A model generated the notes under the pieces. The model did no database searches and was not told the origin of the DNA. It worked only from the letters and a program-made list of their open reading frames with translations. The position numbers and the translations under genes are program-made. DNA of 64,000 nucleotides from Nageia nagi (lineage: Eukaryota; Plantae; Pinophyta): contig JBITNC010000001.1 of assembly GCA_050084985.1 (NCBI GenBank), positions 197,594,001-197,658,000 of the forward strand, written 5' to 3'. Shown piece by piece: positions 51,901 through 64,000 of this stretch (positions within the stretch are counted from its first letter, which is position 1; every line of letters begins with the position of its first letter).

Positions 51901-53225
51901 ATAATGACTGACGGGATGTGTCCCTTGTTAAATAATGTAATCACCCAAAGTTGTGCGTTTGAGAAGGCTCAATGGTTGAGTAGTTGACAATCAGTTGTGC
52001 CAATTAGGTGATTTAAGTAGTTGAGAAGCTATCTGTTATCAGTTATATAATCCGGAATACCGTATACAACACACATATTTTGAAGTATTACAAACACTTT
52101 GCATCTGCATACAATCAAACTGCTTGGTTTATAGAATACTTGATCAAGCAGTTACAAAGAAATAGAACTGTAAAGAAAAATCAAGTAAATCGCATATACA
52201 ACATTACTGTAGAATCAAAGGCAATATTTGATAAAGTTCGTTATTCTGTAAAATCCAAGAGAATGTTTGACAGTTTTTTAAAGAAAGGGCAGACCTAAGA
52301 ATGGGAGACAGCTAAAGACAGAAAATGGGAAATAGACCTGGGCATGAGAAACCGAACTGTGCAGTGTGAAGTGTGTAATAGGTTGCACAGCAATTAAAAT
52401 ATAAATATTGCATAAATATTACTTCAGAAATTTTCTGGTAGAACCTAGAGCTCATGATATATTCCAGAAATTTTTACATTAGCTCTATTAAAAAGACTGA
52501 TAAAACTAAAAACACGCAAGGTACTGTCGTCATCTGGATAAAACAAAAAAGCCCTAGACACTGCTGCTATTCTATTGTGTATAATATAACTATCATGTAA
52601 TTGCAAAAACATGTGTTGGAAAACTCTGCCTATATGCTATTATGCTGTTCAAATGTGTCAAATTTTGTGTTTCTATATAAACTTAGCAAACAGAGTTTGA
52701 CAAGAAGCAGCAAGATAAGCTTTTAAAGATGTCAAATACCAGCAAGACAAGTACCAGAATCGAATAAAAACCGCATGTTGCATTCAAAAAACAACTTATT
52801 TGCAATGAAATTGCAAAAAGGGTCGATGTCTGAACACCTTCTACAGGTTAAAAAGAGCTCTCACCAGTCAATTGGTGACCATAAGAAATGTTAGTGCTGA
52901 ATCACGTAACTAATAAATAAACCAAACATGCAAAACAAAAGATAACTGGGGATATTTGAGGATTTCATACCGCCTGGATATGTGATTCATCTGAGTCAGG
53001 TGAATCATTTTTCACCACAAGTTCAGGACTGTCCACAGTTGCCTGGTCATGGATCTTTAATGAACTTATATCTAGTGCACTAGAAACCTCATCATCCAAT
53101 TCCTCATCCCCCCACCTCTTTTTGTCTGGTGTCTTACTCTCATTTACTGGTGATGAATCCTTGTTTTGTTCTGTTAAACTGTCTTCTCCATCCACCGTTG
53201 TCTTCCCCTTCTCATCCTCTGCCAT
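27889..53225 (-). CDS. LOS4: DEAD-box ATP-dependent RNA helicase 38 (Dbp5/DDX19 mRNA-export helicase), spliced CDS of 8 exons, 500 aa
   Basis: Exons 53225-52971, 50845-50552, 50449-50222, 44671-44606, 28869-28468, 28362-28251, 28159-28074 and 27948-27889. All introns GT-AG and phases compatible. Motifs: Q (GFEKPSKIQ), I (AHNGSGKT, diagnostic of plant RH38), Ia [32 protein letters not shown]. Confidence 0.95.
28074..28159 (-). CDS. LOS4: RH38 coding exon 7
   Basis: TTACAG|GAGCT ... CCTGAG|GTAATG. Reads (G)[28 protein letters not shown]. Confidence 0.93.
28251..28362 (-). CDS. LOS4: RH38 coding exon 6 (VNFDLP, motif VI)
   Basis: ACACAG|GTAACC ... AAGG|GTGTGT. Reads [37 protein letters not shown]. 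Ends in phase 1. Confidence 0.95.
28468..28869 (-). CDS. LOS4: RH38 coding exon 5 (SAT, motifs IV and V)
   Basis: ATGCAG|ATTCTT ... GCACAG|GTTTGC. 402 nt. Confidence 0.95.
33263..33368. repeat. ~61-bp-period duplication in the Gypsy RNase H end
   Basis: TTGTATTCTATCTCAAAATCATA..AAGCATCTTGGTTAC at 33263 and 33324. Confidence 0.85.
38807..39392. mobile_element. Non-autonomous hAT-type element (MITE), 586 bp, inserted in Copia gag
   Basis: 8-bp TSD CTCTTGAG at 38799-38806 and 39393-39400. Imperfect TIRs CAAGCTTCCA / TGGAACATTG. Subterminal CCGCT repeats. Removing the element and one TSD restores gag [16 protein letters not shown]. Confidence 0.92.
39825..39838 (-). other. Primer-binding site (tRNA-iMet type) of the Copia element
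   Basis: Minus strand TGGTATCAAAGCC, 3 nt inside the 5' LTR boundary. Confidence 0.85.
44606..44671 (-). CDS. LOS4: RH38 coding exon 4 (66 nt, [22 protein letters not shown])
   Basis: AAACAG|GATGGT ... TGTCAG|GTATGC. Supplies the conserved DGFxDDSLRI segment between DEAD and SAT. Too short for the ORF track. Confidence 0.95.
45576..46992 (-). mobile_element. Solo LTR (~1.4 kb) in RH38 intron
   Basis: 5-bp TSD CCTAC at 45571-45575 and 46993-46997. Minus strand starts TGTAATGTCC and ends GGTGCATTTGA (degenerate ..CA). No internal coding domain. Confidence 0.75.
46556..46769. repeat. 107-bp tandem duplication inside the solo LTR
   Basis: GCCAACTCCAAATGAAAACCTAATT...GGGTGGA.ATTAAAACATTTTTTCT at 46556 and 46663, with about 4 mismatches. 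Confidence 0.92.
48950..49453 (+). mobile_element. Possible solo LTR remnant
   Basis: LTR-like architecture: CCTATAAATAG TATA box at ~49150, TG-rich downstream part, ends GTGTGGGCTGATCA. No TSD or 5' boundary found. Confidence 0.4.
50222..50449 (-). CDS. LOS4: RH38 coding exon 3 (GTPG, DEAD)
   Basis: TACAG|AATCAA ... GCTCAG|GTAACA. 228 nt. Confidence 0.95.
50552..50845 (-). CDS. LOS4: RH38 coding exon 2 (Q motif, motifs I and Ia)
   Basis: TGCAG|GTTATT ... ATGCAG|GTTCGT. 294 nt. Confidence 0.95.
52971..53225 (-). CDS. LOS4: RH38 coding exon 1 (acidic N-terminal extension, KKRWGDEE)
   Basis: ATG at 53225, acceptor TGTAG before 53245, donor GCG|GTATGA. 85 codons. Confidence 0.9.
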
Positions 53226-53814
53226 TCAAAACAAAATAACAGAACCTACACCACCAAAAAAAGATAAGTTTAGATAATAAAGATTCAGATACTCAACACA
53301 CACAAACCAAACAGTATGCTCCTAGTTTTTTTGAAATTAATCAATAACCCAACTATGACATCGCAAATGCATTTCAGATTTATATTTAAATACAAATGCA
53401 GTGATTGGTGAAACTGTAAGCCAAATGGTCTAACTGATATTTAAGAGCTAAAACAATTTTCTCCCACCCAAAAAGAGAAATCTATGATGATCTAGAACAT
53501 TCGAAATCAGGGTATGCAATTTCTACTTTCGCTTTAAACAACTGGACAGTGATTGATTTGTTCCAAACAACAACAGGACCTAATTTGATGAAACTTAAAA
53601 GCTGCGAAGTTATGACCATTTTAGACCTTGAATAAATGCAAAGAGGATTTGGAACCAAATTCACCAAGTATCTCATGAAGTCAAAGGTCAGATGCACTTC
53701 AATTGAGTAGTACGCTGTAGCTGACATGCATGAACGCATACTCAACCAAATGCAACGAAAGATGAAATGCCCTGATAAAAGAGAATGAACAAGTTAGGGT
53801 GCATAGAAGCTTAC

Positions 53815-53940
53815 CTGTAGATTATCAAGGACTCTGCGTATCTCTAGAGATAGTTGAATCTTGCAGCAGGTGCAAGAGGCAGAGTTTCCAGGCTTGTCTA
53901 GATGGATCGCTTTAGATTTAAGCAAGCAGGTCACAGGATT
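53815..53940 (-). other. LOS4: Probable non-coding 5'UTR exon of RH38 (intron 53246-53814)
   Basis: Consensus donor CAG|GTAAGC at 53815/53814. The segment is relatively GC-rich and has no ATG. Transcription start approximate. Confidence 0.7.
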
Positions 53941-55699
53941 TCTGAAATTTATTAATAGGAAAAACAAAAATAAAACAAAAAATAGGATTTCTTTCTGATT
54001 TTAATTTTAATTTTAATTTATACATCCTAAATTCATCATTCATGTGTGTAGCTTTCTTTCTAATTTTAATTTTAATGTATATATTTTGTGTGTATAAGAT
54101 GTTTTATTGTAGAGTTAGTTGTTATATTGTAATAAATTAATTGATTATCTTAAAACAAAATGAAATTAATTGCATGATAAAAAGTTTGATTATATATATA
54201 TATATATGGGGATTATATAAAAGGAATATTTAATTTAGAGAGGTGAATTTTGTATATATTATTTTTTATTAATGGTAAATTATGTTAATCAAAAAAGGGA
54301 TTATTAGGCTCCTTGCACTTTTACAATAAATATCTCCTCGAGAAAGAAAATATTATATGTCATCTCAGATAATAAATTACAAAGAGTGTAGCAAAATGGC
54401 CTAACATATCAAAGTGAAGCATACATTCACCACCAATATATCACAAATATCCATTATACTCAGCCTCTATCTTTTAGATACAAAATTACCATTACATGCT
54501 AGTTGATCCTAGTTATAAGTAGTATCAAAAAACCATCTATGGACTCGCTTATTTGAGATGCCACTTTACATCCATCTAACACACAAAGTTGAGAATAAAC
54601 TAAGGAAACATTACCCCTCAGAAGACTAAGACCATAGAACACACTATTAGCATTTCAAATGAGGATCATATCCTCATCCACTTTAAACTTAAAGGCCAAA
54701 TTTGCATAATTCTCCTTATAGAACTCAATATGTGACTTAACCTCCATAAGGACTGCGAGGGGTGCTCTTGACTAAATGGTTTTGTATTGTTCACTTCACT
54801 CTCCCTTTCTTGTAATTGCTTCAAACAACATCTTGTTGTGCAAAGCTCTAGACTTAGGTATCAGTATTAGGATTGCCTTAGCCCCTCTCTTTCCTGAAGT
54901 GGGAATGCTTATAGTTTTAATTGGTTGGTCTTTCACCTCCACTCATTGAGTCTCGGCACGTCTCTGCATCTTCTTGGTTGTTGCATCAATTGATAAATAC
55001 TTATTACTTATTACCTTACCTATGAGAGAGGGATCATGATAAATACTTATTACCTTACCCGGATGATCATTCATATGCTAAGACCTGATATGTCACTAGG
55101 ATGGAACCTTGGAGAAAAAAACTTAATAGACATGATGGATCTACAAAGTAGCTTGGATGCTTATGATAGCACAGACAAAAGGATGGAAAAAACATTTATA
55201 TCTTAATAAAGCTTGAAATCAATAAATATTTAATGATGTATTCAACCTCTCTTTGTGTGCATGTGAGATAGAACAAATGTATCATCTATTAAATTTTATT
55301 TTACTTGGGTATATTTTTACTTAAGTTTTTATAGGAGATTAGGTGTATTTCATTTTTCTTTTTCCTATTATATTTCTAACTCTTAGCAACTTCTTGTTAT
55401 GATCCTCCAATGTGTGTTATTTGCACCTTTTCATATTTACTCATGGTGGTTATATAGAATAATCAATCAGTTTTGAAGCATTTTTCTTGAGATTTTTGCG
55501 GTGTTTGCATCTTTGTGATCTTGGGCTTGGAATTGTGTTTTTGCCTTTGACATTGTTCCTTTCATGATACCAAAGTTGATCATATTTATTTTTCAAGCAC
55601 TTTAATGGTTTTCTGTTAATCATTTTCATATGATATCTTGGGCATATGGTCTTTGTTTGGGTGTTGTTTGTTGTATTATAAAGAAGGGTTTGAGATCTT

Positions 55700-58600
55700 C
55701 TCAAATAAATTGATTGTAAGCTTGAATGATAAAGGAAATTTTAGTGTGACATTTCTTTTTAAAAAGGTAATAAAATCTAGGTGGGGTTTTATGTTTGTGT
55801 GAATTTTTTCACCCCTTGTATTGCTTGATTCGCCTTCTTTCAACAATGATGAATTATTCTACCATAACAACAATAAATGAACCATTACCTCCACATAACT
55901 ACCATACATGAAAACCAAGAATGCTTCACTTAAAGGCACAAAAAGGGCTATCTCTCTTACTTATAGAAAAAACACCCCAATTTGAAAGTGAGTATAATTT
56001 GTTTATTCATAAAGGCAAAATGTATGAGGCAATGGGATAAATTAGCATGAATGTAAGTGAAAGTCTTTAGTTTCACTTACATGGATGTAATATATCTTTT
56101 GAATGTTGACACAAATTGGAAAATATATTTGGTAAGATTGATCACATAAGGTCTATTCAAGCTTGATGCAAAACTCACATTACTTTCTCCTGATGATTTC
56201 CTCGTAATTATTGATTATCTCACCAAATTCAAAGAACTCCTAGCATAATTAAGAGGGAGTGGTAAAAATAAGGAAGATAAGGAATGTGTGTATCTTATTC
56301 TTTCAATGCTAAGGGAACCTTTCTAGATTTTTGCTTCTACATTTCTTTCTATAATGGATGCACTTGGAAAATTTTTATACTACTTAACTTAGAAGAGTTT
56401 TGTAAATGATTTACTAGGGAAGAAGTCAAACTTTCAACTCTTGAGTCTACTACCTCTATCAAAATCTTTAGTTGCATCTAATTCCAAATGGAAAGGTAAA
56501 TCCAAACCTAAATCTAAACTCATTTCCACTCCTATTCAATTAGGTCGAAAAGAATTCTAAGTCTAAATACCCTTATAAGAAAAAGAAGAAGGCTAATGCC
56601 ATTTGCACTTATTGTAAGAAAAGTGGTATTGCTACAAATAAGTGTTGGAAGAAATTATAAGATTTAGAGGAAGCCATGAAAAATCATGAAACTAATGCTC
56701 TAAAAGAACATGCTAAGGCCCTAAATATTCAAGGAAGGTCCACTAAGTCTTCCACTAAGTCTTGCTCACATATATTGGGTTTTATACTTAGAAGCTACTC
56801 ATCATATTACTTCTTCTAAAGAATCATTTTTCTCTCTTTCTTCAAGTTCCACATCTAGCATTGAAGTTGGAGATTCATCATTTATTCATGTCCAAGGAAA
56901 AATTATTTTATTTACAACTCATGGAGTAGAAATTATAAGTCTAAAGGAACTACACTCACATATTTCTCAAGGAGTTGTTGATCATAATGCATAATTGTAT
57001 TTTTTCGAGGGTTTTGATACTTCTTCAAGTTCATGTCTTATTGGTCATGCAAATTTTGAGAGCAAACTTTGGCATGAGATATTCGGATGTCTCAATTATA
57101 GGTATTTGAAGGAGTTAACCACTCATAATATGGTTGTTGGGTTACCTAAGGTCTCTTCTCTTGATAATGTTTATCTTGGTTGTGCACTTGGAAAACAACA
57201 CCAATAAGCTTTTCCTAAAGGTAAATCTCATAGAGCATCTTCACCCCTAGATTTGTTACACAATGATTTGATGGTCTTTCCCACTTCTTCTTTCAAAGGA
57301 GCTAAGTATGTATTGACCTTCATAGATAATTTTTGAAGGCATACTTGGGTGTATTTTCTCAAGTATAAAAGTGATATTTTCTCTCACTTCAAGGTTTTCA
57401 AAGCTTTATCTAAGAATCGAGATTCTTCATGCATAAAAAAACTTCACAAAGATAATGGGAGGAGTACTTTAGTACTAATTTTTCATATTTTCTTATTTTA
57501 TATGGGATTATTCATCAATATTTTATCCCTCACACATCACAACATAATGGTGTGGCAGAGAGGAATAATTATACTCTAAAGGAGATGACTAGTTGTCACC
57601 TAATTGTATGATGCATTCTAGAGATTTACCACATATTTTTTGGGTTGAGGGAGTTTATTGTGCAAATTATACTTAAAATCATACACTCCACAAAGCTCTT
57701 GATCATATGAATCTGAAGGAGGCTTTGTTTGGGATTAAGCTTGGTGTCTTATTTTTTTAAGTCTTTGGGATTCATGCTTAGGCACAAATTCTAAAGAATA
57801 AAAGGAAGGCTTTGGATAATAAGAGTAAGTCACTCAATTTTATTGGCTATTGTAAGGATATGAAGGCTTAACAACTTGTTGATCCTACTACACATGATGC
57901 ATTTTTCCACACTCATGTTCAATTTGATGAGCATCTTCATCCCAATGATTATTCATATTCTTGTTCACCTTAACTAGATGTTTATCCCATGGTTGATTTA
58001 ATTGGGCATGATTATAGAGATTATCTTAATGTTGAGGATACTACTACACCTGTTGAGGATTCTACACCACTTATTGAGGATCTTGCACCTGTTGCCACCA
58101 TGACTAGGTGGTATGCACTACCATTGAGTGGGGAGCTCTTTTTATTTAGGATCTTACACCTTCTATACATACCCATTCCATTGGTATTAGCCTTATTTGT
58201 TAGTTAGTTGAAAAAGTGATCCTCAACTTTTTTCAAAGGCCCATGGGATACAAGAGTGGGATGATAATATGGTTGTTCATGAGAATTCTTCTTTGATGAA
58301 GAATAATACTTGGGATTTTATTTCTCTTCCTAATTGGGAAAGATAATTTGTTATAAATGGGTTTATTGAACAAAATATGCAATAGATGGGTCCATTGATA
58401 ATTACAAAGCTTGTCTGATGGATAAGAATTTTTCGCAAGTTGAAGGATTTGATTACATTGATACCTTTACCCATGTCATTAAGATGAGTTGTATTTGGCT
58501 TGTACTTACACCTATTGCATCTTAGGGATGGTCCATTTTTCACACACATGTGAAGAGTTCCTTTTTGCATAGATATTTGCAAGAAGAGATCTACATGGAG

Positions 58601-59145
58601 TAGCCTATTAGTCTTCTTGAGTATTCATCACTTATTTGTAGACTACAAAAGTCTCTATGTGATCTCAAATAAGCTCCTTGAGCTTGGTATGAGAAAATGG
58701 ATTCTTTCCTTCTCTCTATTGGCATTATCAAATTTCATTCAGATACTAAAGTCTACATTTGGTGAGATGGAGAGGATATCACTATACTTGTTCTTTATGT
58801 TAATGATTTGCTTCTTATTAGAAGTTCCTCCCTCCATATACAAATTATTCAATATTCTCTTTTAGAGAGATTTTAAGATGATAAATTTGGGAGTGGTACA
58901 TTACTTTCTTATTTTTCTAATCACATAGACTGCCTTAGGGATCTCTTTATGTCAACAAAAGTATACATTGGATATTATTTAATGCTTTCATATGGCTAAT
59001 TGCAAGTCATATCTTATGCCATTCTAGTCTATGGTTACATTGAATTCTTCTTACACATCACCTCTTTATGGTACTACTTTACATTATTAGTTGGTGAGGA
59101 GTCTTTTGTATTTTACCCATACTCATCTTGACATCTCCTATGTTT
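55700..59145 (+). mobile_element. Decayed Ty1/Copia internal region, truncated in RT
   Basis: gag (CVYLILSML, zinc knuckle CTYCKKSG ~56605), GAG-pre-integrase SKLWHEIFGCLNYRYL..CALGKQHQ, integrase (WVYFLKYKSD), RT remnants to ~59140 (THLDISYV). Confidence 0.85.
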
Positions 59146-59199
59146 TAAGGAGTCTTAAAAAAAAATAGTAAGAAGATTTATTTCTTATCTTGGTGATAA

Positions 59200-62100
59200 G
59201 TGTATGCCTTTTACACAATTTCTTAGCTTGGTTATAACTGATATGCTTGCAACAACATCATGTGATGAAAATAGTAACAAGAATGAGCTTGTGGCACTAG
59301 TTGAGTAGTGTGAGGACAAGACATGGAAATTATTCTTTGATGGCTCCAAATGATTACAAGGGGTTGGGAAAAGAATTGTGCTAGTATCACCTAAAGGTGG
59401 TAAGATTCCTATGGCCTACAAGTTAAATTTTGAGTGCATAAACAACATGGTTGAGTATGGGGTTTTAGTCTTGGGATTAAAGGCAACAATTAACCTTGGA
59501 ATCAATCAGTTGAAAGTTTATGGTGATTCACAACTTGTCATCAACCAAATCAATGATGTATATAATACAAAAGATGAGAAATTGTAGCCATATAAGGATC
59601 TAGTAGCTGTAATGGTTCAAAGATGCTTCACACAAATTTTATTTGAGAATATTTCAAGGAACAATAACAAATTTATAGATTCTATGGCTAATGTTGCTTC
59701 ATTAACACCTATCTCAGTTGAAGATGAGGAAACCATTGTCAAAATCAATAGCCTTAAACATTGTTATTTTTTAGATGATGATGAATTTGAAGGGTTCTTC
59801 AATAGAAAGCCATTCATATGTGTTATTCTCCCATTTGCATGCATGGTATGCTAAAATATACAAATACCTCAAGCAAGGAAAGATTCCATATTCATGTCAA
59901 TCTAAGTTCTTCAAATGAAGGTTGAAACACATGACTACGAGATATATCATTATTGGTGATATTCTTTACAAAAGATCATTTTAGGGTACTTTGCTTAGAT
60001 GTCTAAATGAAACTAAAGTAAATAAGGCTATGGAACAAGTACATGATAGCATAAATGGAGATCATTTCAATGGTAAAGCCATATATCATAAGCTCTTAAG
60101 ACTAGGATATTATTGGTCATCTATGGAAAAGGATTGCATTTTACATATTCAAAAATGTGAAAAGTGTCAAAAGCATGCTAACTTGAAATAAGCTCCTTTA
60201 AGTGAACTAGCCATAATGATATCACCTTGGCCTTTTGCTATTTGGGCTTTGGTAACAATGGCTATAGTTATCAATCCCAAATCTAATGAGGGACATAAAT
60301 TCATCCTACTTGCTATAGAATACTTTATAAAATGGGTAGAAGTTGTACCTTTAAGATATTCCAAAGGGCCTCAAATTATGAAATTTATGACCAAAAATAT
60401 CAAAGCTAAATTTGGTGTTCCATCTAATGTAATCATGGGTAATGGAAATAATTTTAGAAGCAAACAAGTCAAGGAATTTTGCAAGAGTTTCAAAATCAAA
60501 TAAAGGTTCTCATCAACATACTATCCACAAGGCAATGCATAAGCAAAAGTAACTAACAATATAATTATCAACATTTTATACAAAATAGTTAAGAAAAATC
60601 ACAAAGATTAACATTCACAACTTATATATGCATTATGGGCATACATAACAAGCAACATATCAGCTACAGGTTGCACTCCATTTTCATTGGACTATGGAGA
60701 TGAGACAATCTTACCATTGGAGGTAGAAATACCATCATCGAGGCTGTCTCTAGAAGGCATCATTAATTAGGAAGAGTGGCATAAAGAAATATTAAGGCAA
60801 CTAGAAGGATTAGATGAAAAGAGAATCTATTCCTTAGAACATCTCAGATCTTATCAAAAAAGAGCCAAGAAAGAATATGGTAAGAAGCTTGTACCAAGAG
60901 AGTTCCAAGTGGGTGATTTAGTACTCATAGAGAATCACCATAAATCACATGCTAAAAAGTAAGACAAAGGAAAGTTTGAGACCAATTGGGTTGGTCCCTA
61001 AGACCAAGTATCTAAACAATGCATACATGTTGGTAATAGTTTATGGAAAAGTTGACAAATTTTCAATAAATATAAAATACCTCAAGCCCTTTTATGCATA
61101 AGAGAATCTTGTCACATAGGTCCTAAAGTTCAGCCTTCTATCAATTGTTAGTATCAGGGTACTAGCTCCATTTTCATTTTGTTGAGCTAGCACTCGCACT
61201 AGCTTTTTATGTAAAAAAATCACTCATACCATAGAATAAAAAAATGTCATTTAAATGCAAAAAACATCATTTTTTCCTTTTTTCAAAAAAATTTGTATTT
61301 TTCTCAAAAAAATGAAAAGGTGCCATTTTTTAAGACTAAAATACGACATTTAAATAGCCAAAAAATGCCAAAATTTGGGGAAAAATGTTGAATGTGTGGA
61401 AAAAATGCGAGTTTCCTAGCCTATTTGCAAGACTAAAAAAACATGTCTAAATGCAGAAGACACCAAAAAAAACAAGGAAAATAACTTAAAGCCCCCATTG
61501 TACCTACCATTTTTTCCTCCAAAAGATGTCGTATTTTTTTAGTTATCATATTTAATGTTTAAACGGCCAAAAAACACAAAAAAACATGCACACAAACCTT
61601 ATCATACTTGCCATTTTTTATCATTTTTTCCCAATTCGATAATTTTTTGTCACTATTTTTTCCCATTTTTTAATCATTTTTTTGTATTCATGAATTTAAA
61701 TTCATAAATTTTTGTCATATTCAACATATTTTGATTGTTTAATGGCCATTTTTTACGTATTTGGTCTCAAACTGTATTTTCAAAAAATCATCTTTTTATT
61801 CTATGACTCATCATAGCATCTACATAGGTTTTATTAGCATATTTAAAAAAAAAAATTACAGGAATCATGGGTCACATTCAGGTCAAATAAACCATATGGC
61901 AACTTTAGATCTCAGTCAATCATATGACATTTCAAGACCAATGATATTAGTTTAATCAATCGTGTAGATGATACCTTGAGCAATTTTATTTCATTATCAG
62001 ACACCACACATATGTCAAACATCTCATAATAGTCACACCTTAGTGCCAAAAAAATTGCAGGGTGAGAATCAAAGTGAGGCTTAGTGCTCATGCTACCTTC

Positions 62101-63735
62101 CACACCCACACTAATGTTAGCATTAATGCTAACATTTTTGCATCAAATCACACTATTCATCAAAGGTAAGTCCATATACCATTTTCTACTCTCTTACCTC
62201 TACATTCATGATCGTAATTCAATCATATCATACTTCGTTATTTTCTTAACACATCATATCATTGTTGGATAAATGTTAAATAACTATCATTATTTTTTAT
62301 CATTTGGTTGGGACTAAACCATCCATTTTTCTTAGATTAGCCTGGTGATTGGGATTAATCTAATCATCAATCTAATGGCCACATTATCACTAGCACTATA
62401 GTCATGCATAATTGGGAAGTATTCAAACCAATCATCTCTTAATCACATTTAAGAATGGGGAATGTACCTCATGATGATGAACAACATATCACATAACATG
62501 ATTGGAAAATATTCAAACTAATAATGTCTCTTATTCATCTAAGAATGAAGCATTGAGTATTTATGTATTTGGTGTTCTCAAGATGATGTATGATATTATA
62601 TTAATTTCATCCTTGCTCTAATATTGTTATATCATTTGATGAAATGCCATGATATTACTCTTACTAATTACTGTTATATCTTTTATGAGTTAACAATTAC
62701 ATATGTGCTTGGAAATGTGTGTCTCTCATTTTCAAGTTTCATTATTTGCTCTTGGTTGATTCTACTACATGCAAGTTATTACATCTCACAACCAAGGTAA
62801 ATAAGGGGCACTATACATCATCAAATCCTTGATAATTCGAACAACTAAATAAGGTAAGTGTCAAATTTTCCTTCTCTTTACTTTTACTTCCTTTGCAAGC
62901 ATAATATCATTTCAAAATTTAATTTCATTATATTTATAAAGCGGGGCATCTATTGACACCTAAAAGTGGTACCCTTAATATGATCCCACTTAGATGCAAC
63001 TTGGCATACACATTTAACCATATTTTAGTCATATTTTACCTTTATTACCATATATTTTTTAGGTTGTGTTCTTATGTTTTATGTTAGGTACACTGAGATG
63101 ACTTCAACCTATATTCAAGGGGTCAAATGGTGATATCATGCTTGATATAAATGTAAGTATCTCTAACATGGGGAAAGCATGTCAAAATTACATCTTGATA
63201 GCTAGTACCCTACACTTCAGTGTTTCTAAATACCACCTATTGAGATTGGAATCTTATTATCACTCAAGTGAATATCTATCATCCATCTCTACAATCATAT
63301 GCTTAGTTTGAATTGTCATCATATTTTTTATCATCGATCCTTGTTGGTGAGCCTCATTTCTTAAGAACATTCATGCTTGCACTACCATTTGTGCTCGTAC
63401 TGAGCTCATAGTGTCTCTTATATAGTTGGCCTTGGGGTTAGTACAACAAAGTCACTACTCTTTGACAAGTTCATCTATCATTCCTTCAACCTCGATACAG
63501 GTAAGGAAACACATGTATTCATCTTTCACTTGATTACTTTCTCTTTAGTGCATATAGCTCATTTTACACCTTAACATCAATGTAATTTGTTATATTTGTT
63601 ACTACATTCTTATATTCCCTTATTCATGTATATTTATTTGAGTCAATTAGCTTAGATAAATCATACAATAAATATTTATATGTATTTAGTTCATTTAGGA
63701 TAAAACCCTAGGTGATACCAAAACACATATCAATA
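59200..63735 (+). mobile_element. 3' half of a Tat/Ogre-type Gypsy element: additional RNase H, integrase, long 3' UTR, PPT, 3' LTR
   Basis: WKLFFDGS..IVLVSPKG..NNMVEYG..GDSQLVINQI (additional RNase H), GYYW..CEKCQKH and PWPFAIW (integrase). PPT AAAGCGGGGCA at ~62938. LTR 62951-63735 bounded by TATTGA...TCAATA. Confidence 0.85.
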
Positions 63736-64000
63736 ATGATAAGTGTTAGGAGGCCTTTAAAGACATCAAGAATTATTTTCTCAATCCTTTGGTTTTGATT
63801 CTAATTAATTTTGAAAAGGAAGAATGTATGTATATTTTAGATATAATATTTTCCTTGGGGTAAATACTTTGTCAGTAGGATGAACATCTCAAAGAAAGGG
63901 CCATCTACTATCTTAGCAAAACTCTTTTGGACTATCAAACAAGGTACACTCCAATGGAAAAGCTTTTTCTTGGTATTGTATTTGCTACTAAAAAGTTGAA
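63736..64000 (+). mobile_element. Second Gypsy (Tat/Ogre-like) RT-RNase H connection fragment
   Basis: Reads EAFKDIKNYFLNP...ERAIYYLSKTLLDYQTRYTPMEKL immediately after the LTR end. Confidence 0.8.

Noticed and set aside
51802-52260. Possible solo LTR starting TGTTGG with a TATA-like motif
   Set aside because: No 3' CA end with a matching TSD could be fixed.
54330-54990. Possible minus-strand LINE ORF1 remnant upstream of RH38
   Set aside because: Motifs are too degraded to support a call.

Overview
AT-rich, transposon-dense plant nuclear DNA. The repeat families, large TE-filled introns and strong C-to-T decay suggest a gymnosperm-type genome (inference). One intact host gene is present: a minus-strand DEAD-box RNA helicase of the Dbp5/DDX19 mRNA-export family (LOS4/RH38 type). 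It has a 5'UTR exon plus 8 coding exons (27889-53225) that splice into a 500-aa frame, including a 66-nt exon absent from the ORF track. Its 15.7-kb intron holds a three-level nest: a hAT-type MITE (8-bp TSD) inside a Copia element (LTRs, PBS, 5-bp TSD) inside a mosaic chromoviral Gypsy. A solo LTR lies in the neighbouring intron. The most unusual structure is a 13.2-kb Mutator/foldback-like element (2322-15526) with a perfect 10-bp TSD and ~1.25-kb terminal inverted repeats that contain PLS-class PPR gene fragments. Inside it are two convergent degenerate spliced genes (coiled-coil; C2H2-like plus RING-like), an array of the TIR motif, a ~245-bp hairpin and five tandem copies of an 87-nt frame-preserving exon. 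No transposase is recognisable in it. The rest of the window is decayed LINE, PPR pseudogene, Copia and Tat/Ogre-type Gypsy sequence. All alignments and translations were done by eye, so fuzzy boundaries are approximate.
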